A DNA stretch of 64,000 nt from Amoebophrya sp. A120 (Eukaryota > Protista > Dinoflagellata), in contig CAJINV010000013.1 in NCBI GenBank assembly GCA_905178155.1, forward strand, positions 1,864,281 to 1,928,280. Direction: 5' to 3'. The notes under the pieces are model-generated. The model did not search any database. It was not told the origin of the DNA and worked only from the letters and a program-made list of their open reading frames with translations. How positions within the stretch are numbered: position 1 is the stretch's first letter; each line of letters opens with the position of its first letter. Both the position numbers and the translations under genes were made by a program. Positions 59,767 through 64,000 of the stretch are shown here, one piece after another.

Positions 59767-60520
59767 AGAGAAAAGGGAGAAGGGGATGAACGCGACCCGA
59801 GAGAGATGAGGATGAGAGGCTACATGACCTGCCCAGTCTGTCAAAAGAAAGTAGTGCCAAGCACAGACCACTTGCTTTTTCAGTGCGAAGACCCTACGCT
59901 AGTGCAATTGCGAAAAGAACACTTAGGCGCGCCATGCATAAAAGCCATGGACCCATGCATAAGTTTCGTCCGGGAGCGAAAAAACGCGAAGAACATCCTG
60001 AACTTCTACGAGAAGGCCTCGCAGACACACGGAGGAATTCTGCCCACGGGGCTAGCGAACGCGATCAGAGGGGGACAGACGGTTTTCGACGAGGCGGACT
60101 ACAAGGACGTGGCAGAGTGGCAACCGGAGAAAAAGCCGAGCAAGGTCCAGGAGGGGGACCTGAACAAAATAGCGAGCTGGATCGGGAGGCTCTAGGAGAG
60201 AGACCGCCAACACGAAAACGAACAAAGCCGACAAACTGCTACGAACGAGGGGACTACGCTCAGCCGGGCAACTTCTCCGAAAAACCTGCACCCAGAAAAA
60301 CCCCACCACCCTTCCCCCCTCGCTTTAGGTCTATCTGGAGTACATGACGCCTCTGGCTGCAGGAGCAGTCCCGGGGTGTTAGCGCGGGAGGAGCGGAACC
60401 GGTGACCAGCTGCGTCAGCCAGGGCACATCGAAGCAGGTGGGTCTAGGGCAATGAGGGTGTGCCAAGCGGAAGGGGAAGAGAAAAGGGAGAAGGGGATGA
60501 ACGCGACCCGAGAGAGATGA
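59767..60520 (+). mobile_element. Non-LTR retrotransposon-like C-terminal fragment between 43-bp direct repeats
   Basis: ORF 59806-60195 has TCPVC-x8-HLLFQC...LR, resembling the LINE ORF2 C-terminal CCHC finger. Identical 43-mers at 59767-59809 and 60478-60520. Confidence 0.55.
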
Positions 60521-62307
60521 AGGCGCATCCCCTAGAGGGTCAGGAGGTTTTCTTTCTGGGGGAAGAATGGCGGCCACCACGCTCCCTAGGCGGCGCCTTT
60601 TCGCGGCGCCGCCGCGCTTTTTGGTGCAGCAACACATGTGAGGCGCTTGCCGTTTTGTATTATTGGCATAGCGGAAAAGAAGCTTCTTAGGTCGTGTTCG
60701 GGCAAAAGCGCGCCGCAGACTGACCCTCCGGCAGCGCTCTGGGGCAAGCAAGGCGGCCGCGAGCCATGCTGCGCCGTTAGATAGGGCGGCGAAATTGGCA
60801 ACACACTAAAAGCCCTCCCGTATTAGGTCGCGAAAAGGCCGCGCGCCCTGTGCCGTTTCGCCTTCGGCACTCAAAGGCGCCCACGTTTGCGGCGCAGGGA
60901 CCTGCTCGGTCTCGAAGCCTTGCGCCCTTCCCTCGGTTCTTTTTTTTGGCTCTTCTCATGACGAAGCACCAGCTCCATTTATCTGTTTAGATTATGACTA
61001 GAACTTCGTCTTTGCTTCTGTTGCGCAGCTGCTTTCCAGATTAGCAATCAATGCAATCGGCGCCGTTTCGTCGCTGCGTTTGCATTTGACGATGAGACCC
61101 ACAAATCACAGCAGCGCCGTGCTATGCTATTTTAGTATAGGTCCCTTCTCACTGCACGGCGGCGAAATACAGACTCGAGACGCACCCTTGTGCCCTAACA
61201 ATCTGAGCAGAGAACTTCTATTTGTTATCCTGTCTAGTCTCTACTTCCAGTTGTGGCTTTATTAGAACTATTTACCTCTTCTTCTTATACGCATCCCAGA
61301 ATCCGCACAGCAGATTGCAAGATCGGGAGAGCGCCGACTCTCGGCCGCCTTGCAGGAATCAACTCAATCACCAAAAGCTGAACGGATGCGCGTTTTCATT
61401 TTCTCGCCTCGCTAGGCCCCAGGTGAGCTGGCTCCGGCCTCTTCGCCTGGTGGTGCTTGTGGTTGTGAAATACGATTAGAAATTCGATTGGCCGCACTAT
61501 TTCCTTCGAACTTGATTTTTGTCTTATGTGATGAGAATGCAAAATGAAACTCTTTCCGCAACTTGGTTGATGAACTTATTTATTAAATGCTATCTCGAGG
61601 TTGATTCTAGTGCTCTTGTTTCTCGCGGATGATGAACGGTATTGAGACTCGACGCGTGGCTTGGTCTTCATCAAGCTGTGCGCAAAATTATCTTCAGCCA
61701 CCTATTGTCTGACGCGACAGCACAACAGAACACTGCTACCCGATCTGCCTAGAAAAGCATGGGTAGTGAAAACCTCGCCAAAAGACCACTTCACCTCTAT
61801 AATTAATCCTGCTGTTTAGGTTTTCAATAGAAAAAACTCGATCCGATGCACTGTGTCACCTGTACTGGAAGTAGAGAAAAAAACAGCTGTACCTGGCGGA
61901 GAAATGGGCCGCGTCGAAGATCACCAGTCGCAGTCGGCCGCCCGCCGTTTCCAGTCGATGTTCACGGAGGTCAATACAAATACTGCGCACAGCAGCAGCA
62001 GGTCGGTGTTTTTTTGTGGTGAAGCGCGAGAGCAGGGGGCAGTAGATCGGTAACGCTCGCAGAACGGGGCAACACGCTGAAGGGAAAGGAGATGAACAAG
62101 CAGCATTGGGAGCAACGTGGACAATCGTCTGTTTGTGGAAAATGGACAAGCGGCAGCGCAAAGTAGGGTAAGTACTTCTCATGCCATGGACTAATTTTGT
62201 CAAAATCAAACATCACACTACAGGTCAAAAATCCGAAAATTCAAAATCTTTGAAGTTAGTTTGAAATTGATTTGAAATCAAATTAGTTCCTGGGCGGATT
62301 TGATATA

Positions 62308-62347
62308 AGAAAAGGGAGAAGGGGATGAACGGGCGACCCGAGAGAGA
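62308..62347 (+). repeat. Third, diverged copy of the purine-rich 43-bp repeat
   Basis: AGAAAAGGGAGAAGGGGATGAACGGGCGACCCGAGAGAGA. Confidence 0.8.
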
Positions 62348-63270
62348 AAAAAATGAGAGGGTACAACTGTGAGCAGCGAACTAAAGTGGAGACGGAGTTG
62401 CTCCAGATAATAATAGATCGTTCCCCACAGAGAAAAAGAATTCGAGTGCAGATGGCAAAAAGCGTAAAACGTTTTTGAATTCTTTTTTCCGCATAGGTGT
62501 ATGACGAGCGATAGATACTCTTGAGATTGCACCGTGGATCAAATAAATCGGAGTGGTTTAATGGATCGGAGCGACGGTACAGAGAGTATCATGAATGTGA
62601 ACTACAAAGGAACAACATCGAGTGACAAGTCGAGCGACCCCGACAGAAATGGAGCGAGCCTTTCCTTGGCATGGTTTTCCACGAAGGATGAGGTAGCTTG
62701 AGTAGTGAGAGTAAGAAAAGCAGTTGCGGTGCAGAAATAGATTTTCTACCTCGTGCCTTGCGTTGCCGTTTCGTGTTTTGTACCTGTAGGGAAGTCGACC
62801 TCGACGCTGATGTGCCTGTCATTGCGTCTTTGGCTGTTTTGCACTGCTTGTGTCCCTTGCCGATGCAGCTTGTATTTAGACGAGAGTTGCGTTGTTGATG
62901 GTTGAGAAAAGCGGATTCGCCCTTTTCCGTGTCGTCATACTCCAGGAATGATTCTCCGGCTTCCCCCCATCCCCTCGGCTATCAGACCGAATTTTGAAAC
63001 GAAAAGGCAAAAAGGTAAAACATTCAAATCCTACAAGCAGCTGCTGCATTGCTAATTCATGTAATTCATCGCTTCTCCACGACAGTCTGAGGCGTACTTA
63101 CTTAGTAGGTGCAGCACCCACTTTCTTTGATAAATTTGTATTTGAAGGAAAGTGCAGTCAGTCTGTGGAAGATCCAGAATTCATCTTAGGCGAAGATTCT
63201 ATACCATTTGTTTTTGTGTCGGGCCCCCTACAGAGCTCCATTGAATTAGAGATAGTACTACTAACTTATC

Positions 63271-63828
63271 ATGGGTGGCGCGTGTGGCACCCAACGGCCC
63301 CGCGCGGGCGACCCGGTCACGGCCCTTGCCCCAGAACAGCGGGTGAAAAAAGCGGATGGTAATAATTCGCCGAACGACATGAAAAATGTTGCCTCCTCCA
63401 CCAGGCAGCCTAGCAGCTACGCCATGTCGGGCTCCGAGTTGAGGGACCAGAAGCTGCATCCCCCCACGAAAATCGGTTTCTTCGACGGCCATGCGGCGAC
63501 GAACAACAACTCCCACGCGGAATCCTCCGAAACTGAGGCGGAAATGAACCACAGTCGCACGAATGACCCACTATCGGGCGGGACCTCCACGGAACTCGAG
63601 AACAAGTCGGCCAGCACAACCGCAAACTCGACCATGGAGGGGTTTTTCGTGCCGCCACCCGCGCGAGGTCGGGGCCGAACGCCCGGAGGTGCGACGTCAC
63701 GAGGATCCGCGAACGAGGAAAAGACAACTAGCAAGTCAAAGTTTCGCTCCTTCGAAATGCTCGAAAAGCTCGAATCCAGATCGAGGTCCAACTCCAAGAC
63801 CCGGGCGGACGCGCCGAGCCACCTGGGA
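63271..63828 (+). CDS. Low-complexity S/T/N-rich coding exon of a gene probably continuing beyond the window
   Basis: GC-rich open frame that runs into a family B element at 63829. Confidence 0.5.
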
Positions 63829-64000
63829 TATGGAGGCGAAATGAGTGATCTTCATCTTCTTCCCGGCTGCTGCTAGTCCTGAAAATAAAAGAGGCAGCCT
63901 GTGGAGGTCTTCGTGCCGATTCGCCAACTCTAGGGCTCTTTTTGATGTGATTCACAGCGTCCACCAAAAATTACGCCAGACTGATTTCTGGCGTGCTTTA
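63829..64000. mobile_element. TIR introner-like element, family B, cut by the window end
   Basis: TATGGAGGCGAAATGAGTGATCTTC...TTCCCGGCTGCTGCTAGT resembles TATGGAGGGGAGGCGAGTGATCTTCCCGGCTACTGCTAGT at 38537. Confidence 0.7.

Noticed and set aside
60200-60960. Hammerhead ribozyme or Penelope-type terminal repeat near the retroelement fragment
   Set aside because: No CTGANGA...GAAA core with supporting stems seen.
62980-63270. Further candidate TAT-starting elements (also near 14465 and 16750)
   Set aside because: No matching ATA end with a 5-bp duplication found.

Overview
Eukaryotic, intron-containing genomic DNA in which every well-supported gene lies on the + strand. One-directional gene clustering, non-canonical inverted-repeat introns and a TTTAGGG-like tract fit a dinoflagellate-lineage parasite such as Amoebophrya (inference, not a database result). 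Genes in order: the 3' part (at least 2818 aa, 13 exons) of a giant 12-residue-repeat protein ending in a peptidase-S74-type autocleaving chaperone domain like those of phage tail fibres; an EF-hand protein; a Fringe/GT31-like glycosyltransferase; an intronless ~2460-aa WD40 plus TRP-like channel; a mitochondrial type II isocitrate dehydrogenase with an NAD-type motif and C-terminal EF-hand; a multipass membrane protein; a secreted hypothetical protein; a flavohaemoglobin; an expanded NSUN5-like rRNA m5C methyltransferase; a SPRY-domain hnRNP-U-like protein. Two intron systems coexist. One is ordinary GT-AG introns. The other is ten TAT...ATA terminal-inverted-repeat elements (nine complete, mostly with 5-bp target-site duplications) sitting inside coding sequence, whose removal restores the reading frame (introner-like). 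Also present: a 2.4-kb repeat-rich insertion with a ~16-bp TSD and telomere-like end in an IDH intron, and a LINE-like zinc-finger fragment between 43-bp direct repeats.
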